Shown: positions 34,174 through 43,615, numbered from the stretch's first letter. The stretch is 60,005 nt of DNA from Candidatus Niyogibacteria bacterium (GCA_016181935.1 JACOYI010000006.1:1-60005), one strand, 5' to 3'. Numbers and translations are program-made. Notes: generated from the sequence alone by a model not told the origin.

Positions 34174-34779
34174 ATGATGATGCGTGATTTTTATTTAGCG
34201 GGGCTTGCGGGGCTCATCACCGGAATACTCGTCATCCCGATCCTGAAAAATTTTTCCATCTCTATTCTTTACGGCATCGTTGTTGTGCCGCTCTCAATCG
34301 GAATAGTATTCGCCGCCGGCGTCCTGATCGCGCGATGGCTTGGCCGGTGGATACGATGGTTTTTCCAGTTTTCAAAATTTGTAATAACGGGATTCATGAA
34401 CGCGGCGATCGATTTCGGCATTTTGAATCTTCTGATATACCTTTCGGGAATTTCTGCGGGTGTCGGTTTTATCGTATTCAAGGGCGTGAGTTTCATCATC
34501 GCAAACATCAATAGCTACGTCTGGAACCGCGGGTGGGTCTTCAAAAGGGACCAGACCTCCACGCCACCCATGACACAAAAAGAATATGCGCAATTCCTTC
34601 TAGTAAGCGTCGTCGGCATCTCCATCAATGTGGGCGCGGCAACGCTCGTTGTGAACGGCGTGGGGCCGCAATTCGGCCTTGGCGGAAAGGCATGGGCAAA
34701 CGTGGGAGCTGCCGCCGGCTCGGCCGCCGGGCTTTTTTGGAACTTTTTGGGCTACAAATTCATCGTTTTTAAAGCGTGA
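34174..34779 (+). CDS. GtrA-family membrane protein
   Basis: Start at MMMRDFYLAGL. Four TM segments with FSKFVITGFMNAAIDFGILN and FWNFLGYKFIVF motifs. Confidence 0.8.
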   Translation: MMMRDFYLAGLAGLITGILVIPILKNFSISILYGIVVVPLSIGIVFAAGVLIARWLGRWIRWFFQFSKFVITGFMNAAIDFGILNLLIYLSGISAGVGFIVFKGVSFIIANINSYVWNRGWVFKRDQTSTPPMTQKEYAQFLLVSVVGISINVGAATLVVNGVGPQFGLGGKAWANVGAAAGSAAGLFWNFLGYKFIVFKA

Positions 34780-35964
34780 TCAGCTTTCGACTTCGTCCGG
34801 CTCAGCGGCGAGCTTCTTACGCGAAACCGTGAGCGTTTCGGTTATTTTAGGGGTCGCGAATGCCGCGATTTTTTCCTGAACTTCGGGAGGTAGAGAGGGG
34901 ATGAGCGCCGCTAATTTTCGCTCATCGGCTTTCAATATCTCGTTCCATTTACCGATGGATTCAAGGATCGCGCGAACCCCATCCAGATCGTAGTCAACCG
35001 CGGTCTTTATGGTGCGCGAAATAGAACCGTCAGGCGCAAACACGCGGAGCAAATTTTCTTTCTGCATGTAATTTGCAAGGGTCGCGTAAAGTTCCTTGAT
35101 GCGTTTCGTGTTTTTTTGCGATTCGGCTTTCAGTTCCAGATATTCGTGGATAACGGCCTTGATCTCGTCGGCGTCGGGCGTCTTTTCGTCCTTCGTATAT
35201 AAATGTTTCCACACCGGACACATCGGGCGATACCCGCACCAATCGCATAGGGGAGACGGGATCGGTTCAAAATCGCTCGTCGTCTTCTTTGCCTCGATCT
35301 CGCGGATCGTCGAAATAATGGACTCGCGGGTTTCCCTCAGATGTTCTGCGCTCCGCGCCGTGGTTATTTTTTCATTGTGTTTCAAAAAGTGCAGCGATAA
35401 TCGGATGGTCTTGTCTTTCAAATGCGGCCAGCGGTGGGTGAGACCCATATGGTAAATGGAAAGCTGTAAATTCGCATCCGCCTTTTCCTGCGACGGCATG
35501 CGCTTGGATGTCTTGTAATCGATGATCTCATACGTATTGTCATCGGGCTTGTCGATCCGGTCCATGATGCCCGCAAGCGTGTGCGTGACGCCGGTCTTTG
35601 TATCTTCAAGCGGAAGTTCAAAGCGCGATTCAAGGTCCACGACGTTGAAATTCCATGGCTGGTTGGATGCATAAAAGCGTTTGAGGATTTCGATGCCCTG
35701 TTCGCGGAACATTTTTTCCTCCCTCTCGTCCGACCACGGGACCTTGGGCGCATATTGGGCCCAGCCGGACAAATAAAAATTCACCACCTCGTCGAGCGTG
35801 GGGTAGAGGGGATCGCGCGAAAACATGTGTTTGAGCGCGCTATGCAGAAGCGTGCCGAACACGGCCTCCTTGGATTTTACGCCCCGAATTTTATCGATTT
35901 CGGAGAACTTGTATTTAAGAGGGCAGGTCTTATAGGTTTCGAGCGCGGTGTAGGAGATTCGCAT
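34780..35964 (-). CDS. PD-(D/E)XK nuclease (Cas4/AddB-like, Fe-S Cys cluster)
   Basis: MRISYTALETYKTCPLKY N-terminus, IMDRID...EIIDYKTSK core, C-terminal CDWCGYRPMCP. Confidence 0.8.
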   Translation of the reverse strand: MRISYTALETYKTCPLKYKFSEIDKIRGVKSKEAVFGTLLHSALKHMFSRDPLYPTLDEVVNFYLSGWAQYAPKVPWSDEREEKMFREQGIEILKRFYASNQPWNFNVVDLESRFELPLEDTKTGVTHTLAGIMDRIDKPDDNTYEIIDYKTSKRMPSQEKADANLQLSIYHMGLTHRWPHLKDKTIRLSLHFLKHNEKITTARSAEHLRETRESIISTIREIEAKKTTSDFEPIPSPLCDWCGYRPMCPVWKHLYTKDEKTPDADEIKAVIHEYLELKAESQKNTKRIKELYATLANYMQKENLLRVFAPDGSISRTIKTAVDYDLDGVRAILESIGKWNEILKADERKLAALIPSLPPEVQEKIAAFATPKITETLTVSRKKLAAEPDEVES

Positions 35965-36004
35965 AAAGGGTAGTCCTTGTCTGATTCCTAAGGACTACCC
36001 TTTA
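35964..36004. repeat. Palindromic hairpin element, copy 5
   Basis: TAAAGGGTAGTCCTT-GTCTGATTCCT-AAGGACTACCCTTTA; abuts the nuclease start codon. Confidence 0.9.
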
Positions 36005-36038
36005 GGGTAAAGAAAAACCGTGTATCAGTAAAACCAAA

Positions 36039-36075
36039 AAGGGTAGTCCTTGTCTGATTCCTAAGGACTACCCTT
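36039..36075. repeat. Palindromic hairpin element, copy 6
   Basis: AAGGGTAGTCCTT-GTCTGATTCCT-AAGGACTACCCTT; tandem with copy 5, about 35 nt apart. Confidence 0.9.
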
Positions 36076-36127
36076 GGGGGAGCGCCTATTGCAACGTCGC
36101 ACAACCTCCATTTACCGACGTTGTGCC

Positions 36128-36415
36128 CTATTTTGTAAACAAATTTTCCCCGCCTTTGAGATTCGTGAAAAAGTCAAGCGCCGGTTCCCAGATGAATTCG
36201 CGGATGATCCCTCCCCACAAGACATTCCACACGGCTCCGATGGGCCCTTGGAGCCACTCGCCCCATGCGAACGACACAGCGCGGCCGATGAACCCGAAAT
36301 TTTCCTGCAGGGTTTTATTTTCAAATAATGCCGAGAGGGAAACGCCGAGCAAACTCAAAATCACAACCAATAGAGCAAGAATGATGATAAGTTGTACAAA
36401 GCCTCGGTTCGCCAT
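36128..36415 (-). CDS. Hypothetical small membrane protein (95 aa)
   Basis: N-terminal TM FVQLIIILALLVVILSLLGV; Trp-rich C-terminal part. Confidence 0.5.
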   Translation of the reverse strand: MANRGFVQLIIILALLVVILSLLGVSLSALFENKTLQENFGFIGRAVSFAWGEWLQGPIGAVWNVLWGGIIREFIWEPALDFFTNLKGGENLFTK

Positions 36416-36457
36416 TAAAATTTCACTTTTTCGATTTTCGATTTTAAATTTTAATTT

Positions 36458-37822
36458 TTACAGGTAGGCCAACGGATTCAAATAACCGCCGAAAGGCAGA
36501 AATTCGCAGGTGCTTCGGAGCGAGCGCGACGGACCGAACCGCACGGTGCTCGCATCATAGAGCGTAAAGTGCAGGTGCGAGCCAGCCGGGCCGGCAGGGA
36601 CCGTATAACCGGAATATCCGGAATATGCGATAATCTCTCCCCTTTTCACTGTATCACCTTTTGAAACTTTACTTAATGACAAATGTGCATAGAGTGTCGC
36701 AAAATTACTCGGATGCCGGATAAGAACCCATTTGCCGTACGACAGACATCGCGGAAACGCATCCGTATCGCCGGTCTCCCATACGACTCCGTCATCGGCG
36801 GCCAGGACCCGCGTTCCGGCGCGCGCGCGGATATCGATGCCATTATGCGGTTTGCCGTCGTATAGGATCTTTGCGTCCGGCGTATTCCCAAAACTCTGCG
36901 TCAACACCGCCCCCGTGACCGGCCAAGACAGAACTCCGGCGCGCGCCAGCGGTAACGCGGAGGGATCGATGAGTTTACGGAGTTCATTTTCTATCCCGAA
37001 GATCTCGGTCTCGAGCGCGGCGCGCAATTCCTCGCGTTCCCGCAATTCTGCCTGATACGCGGTTTCGCGGCTTTTAGTTACCGCCAAAAGTGCACTTTTT
37101 TCTTTTCGAACGCTTTCCTCGATGACCTTGCGGTCCGTCAATTCGCGCCGCAATACGACAAGCGATCCTCTTTGCGCTTCGCGATCCTCCATTTCCGCGG
37201 CAAGGCTCACTCGCACGGCCTGCAAATAATTGAGTTCCCGCTCCACCGACCCTCCAAGATCCTGGACATTTTCCAGATCGCTGAAAAACGAGGAGAGTGT
37301 TGCGTGCGCGAGCAATACGGCAAAGAGCGATTGCGATTCGCGCTCATACAGCGTGCGCAACAATTCCGCGAGCGCCCCCCGGAATCCATTGATCTCAACC
37401 TCTTTTTTGCGGATCGCGAGATCCAATTCTTCCAACTTCAATTCCGTCGCTTCGACTCTCTTCTGGGTCAGGCGGATATCGCCGGAGAGCGAGGAGATCG
37501 CAGCGTTCACCGCCTTGACTTGGTTTGAAAGTGTTTTGGCCTCCGCCCCGACTTTTTCGATCTCCTTCTGGAAGCCCGCGATCTCTTTTTCCAATTCCCC
37601 GATCTGCTGATTTTTTTCGGCGATGCGGGAACGCAACAGCTCTTCCGCGGATACGGGCGTTGAAGTCGCCGCGATCTCCGTCGTGGTCGCTTCGGCGAGT
37701 TGGCCGGCCTCGCCCGCCGAGCCGAGCGGGCGAGATGGGTCTTGGGCCCCCGCCACCCCAAAAGACACCATCCAGATCAGAAAACCAAAGACAAGAGATC
37801 GAAGCGGCGCGCTAGAACCCAT
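36458..37822 (-). CDS. M23 peptidase with N-terminal coiled coil (EnvC-like)
   Basis: Start at MGSSAPLRSLVFGFLIW (signal/TM). HNGIDI and HLHFTL zinc motifs. The ORF-track extension to 38065 was rejected. Confidence 0.85.
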   Translation of the reverse strand: MGSSAPLRSLVFGFLIWMVSFGVAGAQDPSRPLGSAGEAGQLAEATTTEIAATSTPVSAEELLRSRIAEKNQQIGELEKEIAGFQKEIEKVGAEAKTLSNQVKAVNAAISSLSGDIRLTQKRVEATELKLEELDLAIRKKEVEINGFRGALAELLRTLYERESQSLFAVLLAHATLSSFFSDLENVQDLGGSVERELNYLQAVRVSLAAEMEDREAQRGSLVVLRRELTDRKVIEESVRKEKSALLAVTKSRETAYQAELREREELRAALETEIFGIENELRKLIDPSALPLARAGVLSWPVTGAVLTQSFGNTPDAKILYDGKPHNGIDIRARAGTRVLAADDGVVWETGDTDAFPRCLSYGKWVLIRHPSNFATLYAHLSLSKVSKGDTVKRGEIIAYSGYSGYTVPAGPAGSHLHFTLYDASTVRFGPSRSLRSTCEFLPFGGYLNPLAYL

Positions 37823-37850
37823 CTCAAATGCATTTTTGAGATGGGTTCTA
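37813..37850. repeat. Hairpin built from MITE-like terminal repeats only
   Basis: TAGAACCCATCTCAAA-TGCATT-TTTGAGATGGGTTCTA. One arm holds the gltX stop, the other the M23 start. Confidence 0.8.
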
Positions 37851-39248
37851 TGTACAATGAGTGATCGCATGATTGATGCGGGCAAGCGTTTCGTCCTTTC
37901 CCAGCGCATAGGCGAGTTCAAAAGGGCCGGGCGAATTTTTCTCGCCGGACAATGCGACGCGAAACGGCCATAAAACCGCCCCCCTCCCCTCGGCGTCCGC
38001 GTAGGGCCGGAGCGCGGCTTCAACAGACGAGGAACTCCAGTCCTCGAGCAGAGAAAGTTTTTCACGGATCGCCGTGAGATGCCGCGCGATCGCCGGACGC
38101 TCTTCCTGACCTTTCCAGCTCAAAAGTTCCGTATCATAGTCCGGCGTTTCCCACGCCCAGCGCGTCTGCTCCCCCATCGATGCAAGGGTCGTGAGCCGTT
38201 CCTGTGCGGTTTCCACGATTTTTCGCCAGCGCTCGGGATCCGCCGCGATCGCATCGCTCCACTGCGGAACAAAAAATTCGAGCTCGCGGGCGAGTTTCTC
38301 CACGTCCCGCATGCGGATATGTTCGCGATTCAACCAATTCAATTTTTCAATATCGAATACGGCTCCGGCTTTGCCGACCCGTTCCAGCTCGAAATCACGG
38401 ATCAACGCATCGAGCTCAAAAACATCGGTGTCGCCCGCCGGATGCCATCCCAAAAGCGCCATAAAATTCACGAGCGCCTCCGGCACATATCCCTGTTCCT
38501 TGTACTCCAAGAGCGACGTCTCGCCATCACGCTTGGAAAGTTTGGAGCGATCTCGGCCCAGCACCAGCGGCAAATGCGCGTACGCCGGACGACCGAATCC
38601 GAGCGCCTGCTGAAGCAGCAGCTGCTTCGGCGTATTCGAAATATGGTCTTCTCCGCGGATCACGTGGCTCACGTTCATCTCCGCATCGTCAACCACGACC
38701 GCAAAATTATAGAGCGGCGTTTTAAAATCCTTCGCAATGGAAAAATCGCCTACGAGATCCGCACGCGTGCGGATCTCTCCGCGGATCAGGTCATCAAAAA
38801 CGATGTCCCCATCCGCCGTATTTTTGAACCGGAATACGCCATCCCCATCCGCGCCTCGCTCCGCATCCCGGAATTCGCATTGATGGACCGGCGGCGCTTT
38901 TGCCTCACTCTGGGCCGCCCGCTCGGCTCCGAGTTCTTCAATGGTATGCGGACACCAATACATCGCGCCGTCGTCGTGGAGTCTGTGCAGCTGTCGCTCA
39001 TAGAGCTCCGTGCGCTCGGATTGGCGGTAAAACTCATCCCATGCCAAACCCAGCCATTCGAGCGCGGCTTTGATCTCATTCTCGTATTCCCGGCGCGAGC
39101 GCAGAGTATCGGTATCTTCGATCCGGAGAATGAACGCGCCGCCGAATTTACGGGCGTAGACAAAATTAAAAAGCGCGGATCGCGCCGTTCCGACGTGCAA
39201 AGCTCCCGTGGGCGACGGAGCGATACGGGTTCGGATGTTATTTTGCAT
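37848..39248 (-). CDS. gltX: Glutamyl-tRNA synthetase
   Basis: Start at MQNNIRTRIAPSPTGALHVG (HIGH region); KLSKRD (KMSKS). Confidence 0.92.
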   Translation of the reverse strand: MQNNIRTRIAPSPTGALHVGTARSALFNFVYARKFGGAFILRIEDTDTLRSRREYENEIKAALEWLGLAWDEFYRQSERTELYERQLHRLHDDGAMYWCPHTIEELGAERAAQSEAKAPPVHQCEFRDAERGADGDGVFRFKNTADGDIVFDDLIRGEIRTRADLVGDFSIAKDFKTPLYNFAVVVDDAEMNVSHVIRGEDHISNTPKQLLLQQALGFGRPAYAHLPLVLGRDRSKLSKRDGETSLLEYKEQGYVPEALVNFMALLGWHPAGDTDVFELDALIRDFELERVGKAGAVFDIEKLNWLNREHIRMRDVEKLARELEFFVPQWSDAIAADPERWRKIVETAQERLTTLASMGEQTRWAWETPDYDTELLSWKGQEERPAIARHLTAIREKLSLLEDWSSSSVEAALRPYADAEGRGAVLWPFRVALSGEKNSPGPFELAYALGKDETLARINHAITHCT

Positions 39249-40365
39249 GTTCGAGTGCGAGCGCCATGATCTCTTTTGCAAGAACCGCCGCGGCATCGGG
39301 TCGCGCGAATGCGCGGGCCGCCGTGCGCATTTTTTCCTGCCTCTCGGGATCCTGAATGATCTTTCGGATCTCGGTCGCGAGCACCGACGGCGTCAGATTG
39401 GATTCTTCGATGACGAGCGAGGCGCCCGTGCGGGCATACGCATAGGCATTTTTCCGCTGATGGTCCCCAGCCGACTCCGGAAGCGGGATCAGGATCGCGG
39501 GCTTGCCCCATGCCGCAGCTTCAAAGATCGCGCCGGCCCCCGCTCGCGACACAATAACGGTCGCAACAAGCGCGGCATTCCGCAATTCCCCTTCATCGAG
39601 CGACCCGAAAAGGCGGTACCGTTCCCGGTATTCGTGCCCCTCGAGGACCGTAGCCGATTGTTTCGCCACGGTTTCGTAATTTGTATCCCCGCATTGGTGG
39701 ATGACGCGCGCATCGCTCACCAAATCCCTGAGGATCGCGAGGATCGCGTTATTGATGCGCTCCGACCCCTGCGACCCGCCGAGAACCAGAACCGTGGGCG
39801 CAAGCGTTGCGCCAAAAATCACGGCGGCTTCCTCCAGATTCCCGCCGATGATCTCCGACCGGATGGGATTGCCCACGAGCGCGGTTTTTTCTTTCGGGAA
39901 AAACTCCGCGGCCTCCGGAAATGCAATGGCGACCCTCTTTGCAAATCGCGCCGCCCACCGATTGACGCGTCCCGGAACGGTATCGGACTCATGCACAACG
40001 ACGGGAATGTTCAGGAGGCGCGCGGCAGAGAGGGCCGGAAAACTTGCATATCCCCCTTTCGCGAACACGACATCCGGAACCTCGATCAAGCTGCGCCATA
40101 TTGCCGAGAGCATCCCAACCGCCGTTTTTAAAAAATCCGTGATATTCAAAATCGAAAAATACCGGCGCATTTTCCCGGCAGGGATCCGGTGATACCGAAT
40201 GCCGATCTGCTGCAAAAGGTCGGCATTGAACGGATGATCGGACAAATACAAGAGATCCAACCGAGCAATACTCTCGGCTTCCGCGAGTTTTTTCAGGGCG
40301 CGCGCAACCGCCAAGATCGGATAGAAATGTCCGCCGGTTCCGCCGCCGGTCAATAAGATCTTCAT
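39238..40365 (-). CDS. murG: UDP-N-acetylglucosamine--LPS/lipid I N-acetylglucosamine transferase MurG
   Basis: MKILLTGGGTGGHFYPILAVA; overlaps the gltX start by 11 nt. Confidence 0.92.
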   Translation of the reverse strand: MKILLTGGGTGGHFYPILAVARALKKLAEAESIARLDLLYLSDHPFNADLLQQIGIRYHRIPAGKMRRYFSILNITDFLKTAVGMLSAIWRSLIEVPDVVFAKGGYASFPALSAARLLNIPVVVHESDTVPGRVNRWAARFAKRVAIAFPEAAEFFPKEKTALVGNPIRSEIIGGNLEEAAVIFGATLAPTVLVLGGSQGSERINNAILAILRDLVSDARVIHQCGDTNYETVAKQSATVLEGHEYRERYRLFGSLDEGELRNAALVATVIVSRAGAGAIFEAAAWGKPAILIPLPESAGDHQRKNAYAYARTGASLVIEESNLTPSVLATEIRKIIQDPERQEKMRTAARAFARPDAAAVLAKEIMALALEHAK

Positions 40366-41444
40366 GCTTGTTTTGAAATATTAAGAAGCAATCCAACGCC
40401 TGCGAGCGTTGCGACGAGCGATGATCCGCCGTGGCTGATGAACGGAAGCGTTATACCCGTTAACGGCAAAATTCCCACGAGCGCCCCCATATTGACGAAC
40501 GCCTGGATCGTAATCAGTATACCAATTCCCAAGCCGAGGAGTCGAGCAAAGGGGTCCTGCACGCTCTGCACCACGATGACCACGCGCCAAAAAAAGATCA
40601 AAAACAAAAGAACGAGCAACGAGGTGCCCGCGAGTCCGAATTCCTCGCCGATGACCGCAAAAATCGCATCTCCCATCGGCTCCGGCAAATACGAAAACTT
40701 CTGGGTGCTCTGGCCGAATCCCCGCCCCCAAATTCCGCCCGCTCCGAACGCGATCGCCGCCTGGCGCACCTGATATCCCGCGCCCTGTGGATCGAATGAG
40801 GAGTCAAAAAAAACCAGGATCCGGTCGAGCGCATATGGCCTCCACGCGACCGCAAGAACAAGAAAAATAGCCACCGCAAGCCCCGCGATACCGACGTGGC
40901 GCAATCGGCCGCCGCCGACGTAAAAAAGCGCGGTCCCCGTAAGAAGAATGACGCCGAGTGTCCCGATATCCGGTTGGCGGATGAAGAGCGCGCCCAAGGC
41001 ACCGATCATGCACAGAAGCGGGAAGGCGCCGAATTCGAATGAGCGCACCGCAGAACCGCGCGATGCGAGCCATGCGGCAAGATACAGAATGAACCCGATC
41101 TTCAAAAATTCGGCGGGCTGAAAAAAGAAAGAACCGATGGCGATCCACCGCTTGGCGCCCCCGGATTCAAATCCGACGTCGGGAATAAAAACGGCGAGTG
41201 TGACAAGGAATGTGATGCCGAAGATCCAGAACGCCGCCCGGCGCAGCCACGACATCGGAATGCGGTCCGCAATGAAAAGCCCTGCGATGCCGATGCCGAG
41301 CGCGAACAGAAATTGTCGGGTCAAAACGCCGACCGGCGTCCGGACGTCATCGGAAAGCCCGAGCGCTGAGGACGCCAATGCAAAAAATCCCGCGATAACG
41401 AGAATTGCCGAACATCCGATGAGCGCCCAATCGCGATTTTTCAT
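40362..41444 (-). CDS. ftsW: SEDS-family peptidoglycan polymerase (FtsW/RodA)
   Basis: Start at MKNRDWALIGCS. About 10 TM segments, PDIGT and LPFISHGGSSL motifs. The upstream extension was rejected. Confidence 0.88.
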   Translation of the reverse strand: MKNRDWALIGCSAILVIAGFFALASSALGLSDDVRTPVGVLTRQFLFALGIGIAGLFIADRIPMSWLRRAAFWIFGITFLVTLAVFIPDVGFESGGAKRWIAIGSFFFQPAEFLKIGFILYLAAWLASRGSAVRSFEFGAFPLLCMIGALGALFIRQPDIGTLGVILLTGTALFYVGGGRLRHVGIAGLAVAIFLVLAVAWRPYALDRILVFFDSSFDPQGAGYQVRQAAIAFGAGGIWGRGFGQSTQKFSYLPEPMGDAIFAVIGEEFGLAGTSLLVLLFLIFFWRVVIVVQSVQDPFARLLGLGIGILITIQAFVNMGALVGILPLTGITLPFISHGGSSLVATLAGVGLLLNISKQA

Positions 41445-43027
41445 GATCCCCCCCGGCGCAATGCGCGTCCGGAAAAATCGCGCGTTATCTCCCCCGCCGC
41501 GATCGCTGCTCGGCCGTTGATAAAAACCCATTCCATGCCCTCGGAAAACGTCCGCGCCTCGGCGTAATCGGCGCGGTCTTGGAGCATTTCGGGATCGAAA
41601 ACAATGATGTCCGCCGCCATACCGGCCCGAAGCCATCCCCGCCTGCGCAACCCCAAGATCGATGCCGGCAAGCCGGTCATTTTTTGGATCATATCTTTCC
41701 ACGCGACCGCCCGGCGTTCTTTGACGAAAAGTTTGATCGCGCGCGGGAATGCACCGAATGAGCGCGGATGCGGAAGATCGTTCGGACGGACGAGCGTCCC
41801 CTGCCCGACGCCATCGGATGCGATCGCCGCATAGGTCTGCAAAAGGGCTTCTGCCATTCCATCTTCGGAGATCGCTTCGTTAAATATAGCTACTTGTAAT
41901 TGATTCGTGCGCAACAGCTCGAGCATCACATCCTCCGGCGTGCGCTCGGATCTCAACGCAAGGTCCGCGATCGTATGGCCGACCGCGCCCACATCGTGCA
42001 CGGTGGATGCGATGACCATGCGGTCATAATGCAGTGTCAAGGAACGCAGCGCATCGGCGAGCGCGACGCGCGTTGCGGAATTTTCGAGGCGCGCCAGGAT
42101 CTCGGTACGCCCCCCTTCCATTGCCCATTCCGGCAGCAGCAAATACAAATTGGACCCCGTGCGCGTATAGGGAAATACATCCATGGTCACGGGGATGCCG
42201 CCGGATCGCGCATTCTCGATGACATCCAACGCCGCCGCGCCGAGCGGCCACGATTTACGGCCGATCGCCTTGAAATGGGAAATGTGGCCGACTGCTCCGG
42301 TTTCGCGAAGCGCCCCAACGATGCGCGACATAGCGGCAACGATCCCTGCGCCCTCATCAGCCAGATGATGGGCCGTGAGCGCCTTGGCGCGCTTGACCGA
42401 CGCGAATAACGCCTCCAATTCATCGTGCTCTGCAGACAACCCGAAACTCCGCCCCAAACCTGTTGATAATCCAAATGCGCCCGCATCGAGGGCGCGACGC
42501 AGGAGATCATTCATTGTTGCAATATCGTCCGCCGAGGCCGAATGCGTAATATCCACCCGAGCGGCTCGTCGCAGCGTCCCGTGGCCCACCAGCGTCGCCA
42601 CGTTCACCCCCAACGGCAGCGTATCCAATACATTCAAAAACTCATCCGTTTCCCGCCAATTGACATTGACCCGGGAAATGTCGGTCCATTTTTGAATTCC
42701 CTCGATATCCGATGCTTTTGCGAGCGGGACAAGCGACGTCCCGCAATTGCCGCCGACAATGGTCGTGATCCCCTGCGTTATCAGACTTTCCTGCCGCGGC
42801 TGATCGAACAATGTCCAGTGGGTATCGGAATGATTCGTGAGATCGATAAAGCCGGGCGCCACGTACCGGTTGGACGCATCGATCTCAAGGAGGCCGCTCG
42901 CATCACCGATGTTCCCGATGACACGGATCGTATCCTGATCAATACCGATATCCGCCTGCGCGGGGGCTAAACCCGCGCCATCGAACACCAAACCGTTTCG
43001 AATGATGACGCTGTATGAACGGGGCAT
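41441..43027 (-). CDS. Amidohydrolase-superfamily protein (N-acyl-D-amino-acid deacylase-like)
   Basis: Start at MPRSYSVIIRNGLVFDG. APGFIDLTNHSD sits where GFIDxHxHxD is expected. The C-terminal AADIIVFDP is typical of D-aminoacylases. Confidence 0.7.
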   Translation of the reverse strand: MPRSYSVIIRNGLVFDGAGLAPAQADIGIDQDTIRVIGNIGDASGLLEIDASNRYVAPGFIDLTNHSDTHWTLFDQPRQESLITQGITTIVGGNCGTSLVPLAKASDIEGIQKWTDISRVNVNWRETDEFLNVLDTLPLGVNVATLVGHGTLRRAARVDITHSASADDIATMNDLLRRALDAGAFGLSTGLGRSFGLSAEHDELEALFASVKRAKALTAHHLADEGAGIVAAMSRIVGALRETGAVGHISHFKAIGRKSWPLGAAALDVIENARSGGIPVTMDVFPYTRTGSNLYLLLPEWAMEGGRTEILARLENSATRVALADALRSLTLHYDRMVIASTVHDVGAVGHTIADLALRSERTPEDVMLELLRTNQLQVAIFNEAISEDGMAEALLQTYAAIASDGVGQGTLVRPNDLPHPRSFGAFPRAIKLFVKERRAVAWKDMIQKMTGLPASILGLRRRGWLRAGMAADIIVFDPEMLQDRADYAEARTFSEGMEWVFINGRAAIAAGEITRDFSGRALRRGGS

Positions 43028-43064
43028 TTTCCCATTATAACGCGCCGGACGCTTTTCTTTTATT

Positions 43065-43169
43065 CGCAAGCGTAATTGGTGGCGCAGTGCGTGGGGTAGG
43101 CACTGGGGACAAAAATTTGGCCGGAACGGCCTTATAATGGGCGAGCACTGCGGCACAATTGCGCTTGCG
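43065..43169 (+). repeat. ~105-nt inverted-repeat element, copy A
   Basis: About 26-nt imperfect terminal inverted repeats (CGCAAGCGTAATTGGTGGCGCAGTGC / GCACTGCGGCACAATTGCGCTTGCG). The core GTGGGGTAGGCACTGGGGACAAAAATTTGGCCGGAACGGCCTTATAATGGGCGAG recurs inverted at 51742-51848. Confidence 0.8.
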
Positions 43170-43231
43170 TATCGAATGTTATTCACAAGCATCCTGCATC
43201 TTGAACGCAAGGTGCAGGATGCGCCTCAGCT

Positions 43232-43271
43232 CCACTAGAAGTAAGAAACCTTGGTTTCTTACTTCTAGTGG
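43232..43271 (-). terminator. Strong hairpin 2 nt after the mreD stop (no U-tract)
   Basis: CCACTAGAAGTAAGAAACC..GGTTTCTTACTTCTAGTGG. Confidence 0.5.
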
Positions 43272-43273
43272 GG

Positions 43274-43615
43274 TCAAAGCACGATAAAAAATAGAACGGC
43301 AAAAATGCCGGCTACTGCCGCGACCAATGGCGGATACGAGAACCACCGCCGCGGTCGGAACAAAAACTTCAGCATTTCAACCGACCCAACGGCACATCCG
43401 AACACGAAAACCAATTTCCATGACGGCAAACCTGCGATGGCGCTCGCAAGAAACCCGATCAGAAGCGCCTCCCCGTACCAATGAAATACGGCGCCCGCAA
43501 GAAGAACTCCCGCGAATACCACGGCGGGAGGCATGAACCACAATCCCGCAAGAAGCATGAGGTCGAACGCGAATCGCATCCCAAGCCGCCGCCAAAATAC
43601 GTTATTCGATGACAT
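43274..43615 (-). CDS. mreD: MreD-like small membrane protein
   Basis: Start at MSSNNVFWRR, overlapping the mreC end by 14 nt. Three or four TM segments. Called from position after mreC. Confidence 0.55.
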   Translation of the reverse strand: MSSNNVFWRRLGMRFAFDLMLLAGLWFMPPAVVFAGVLLAGAVFHWYGEALLIGFLASAIAGLPSWKLVFVFGCAVGSVEMLKFLFRPRRWFSYPPLVAAVAGIFAVLFFIVL

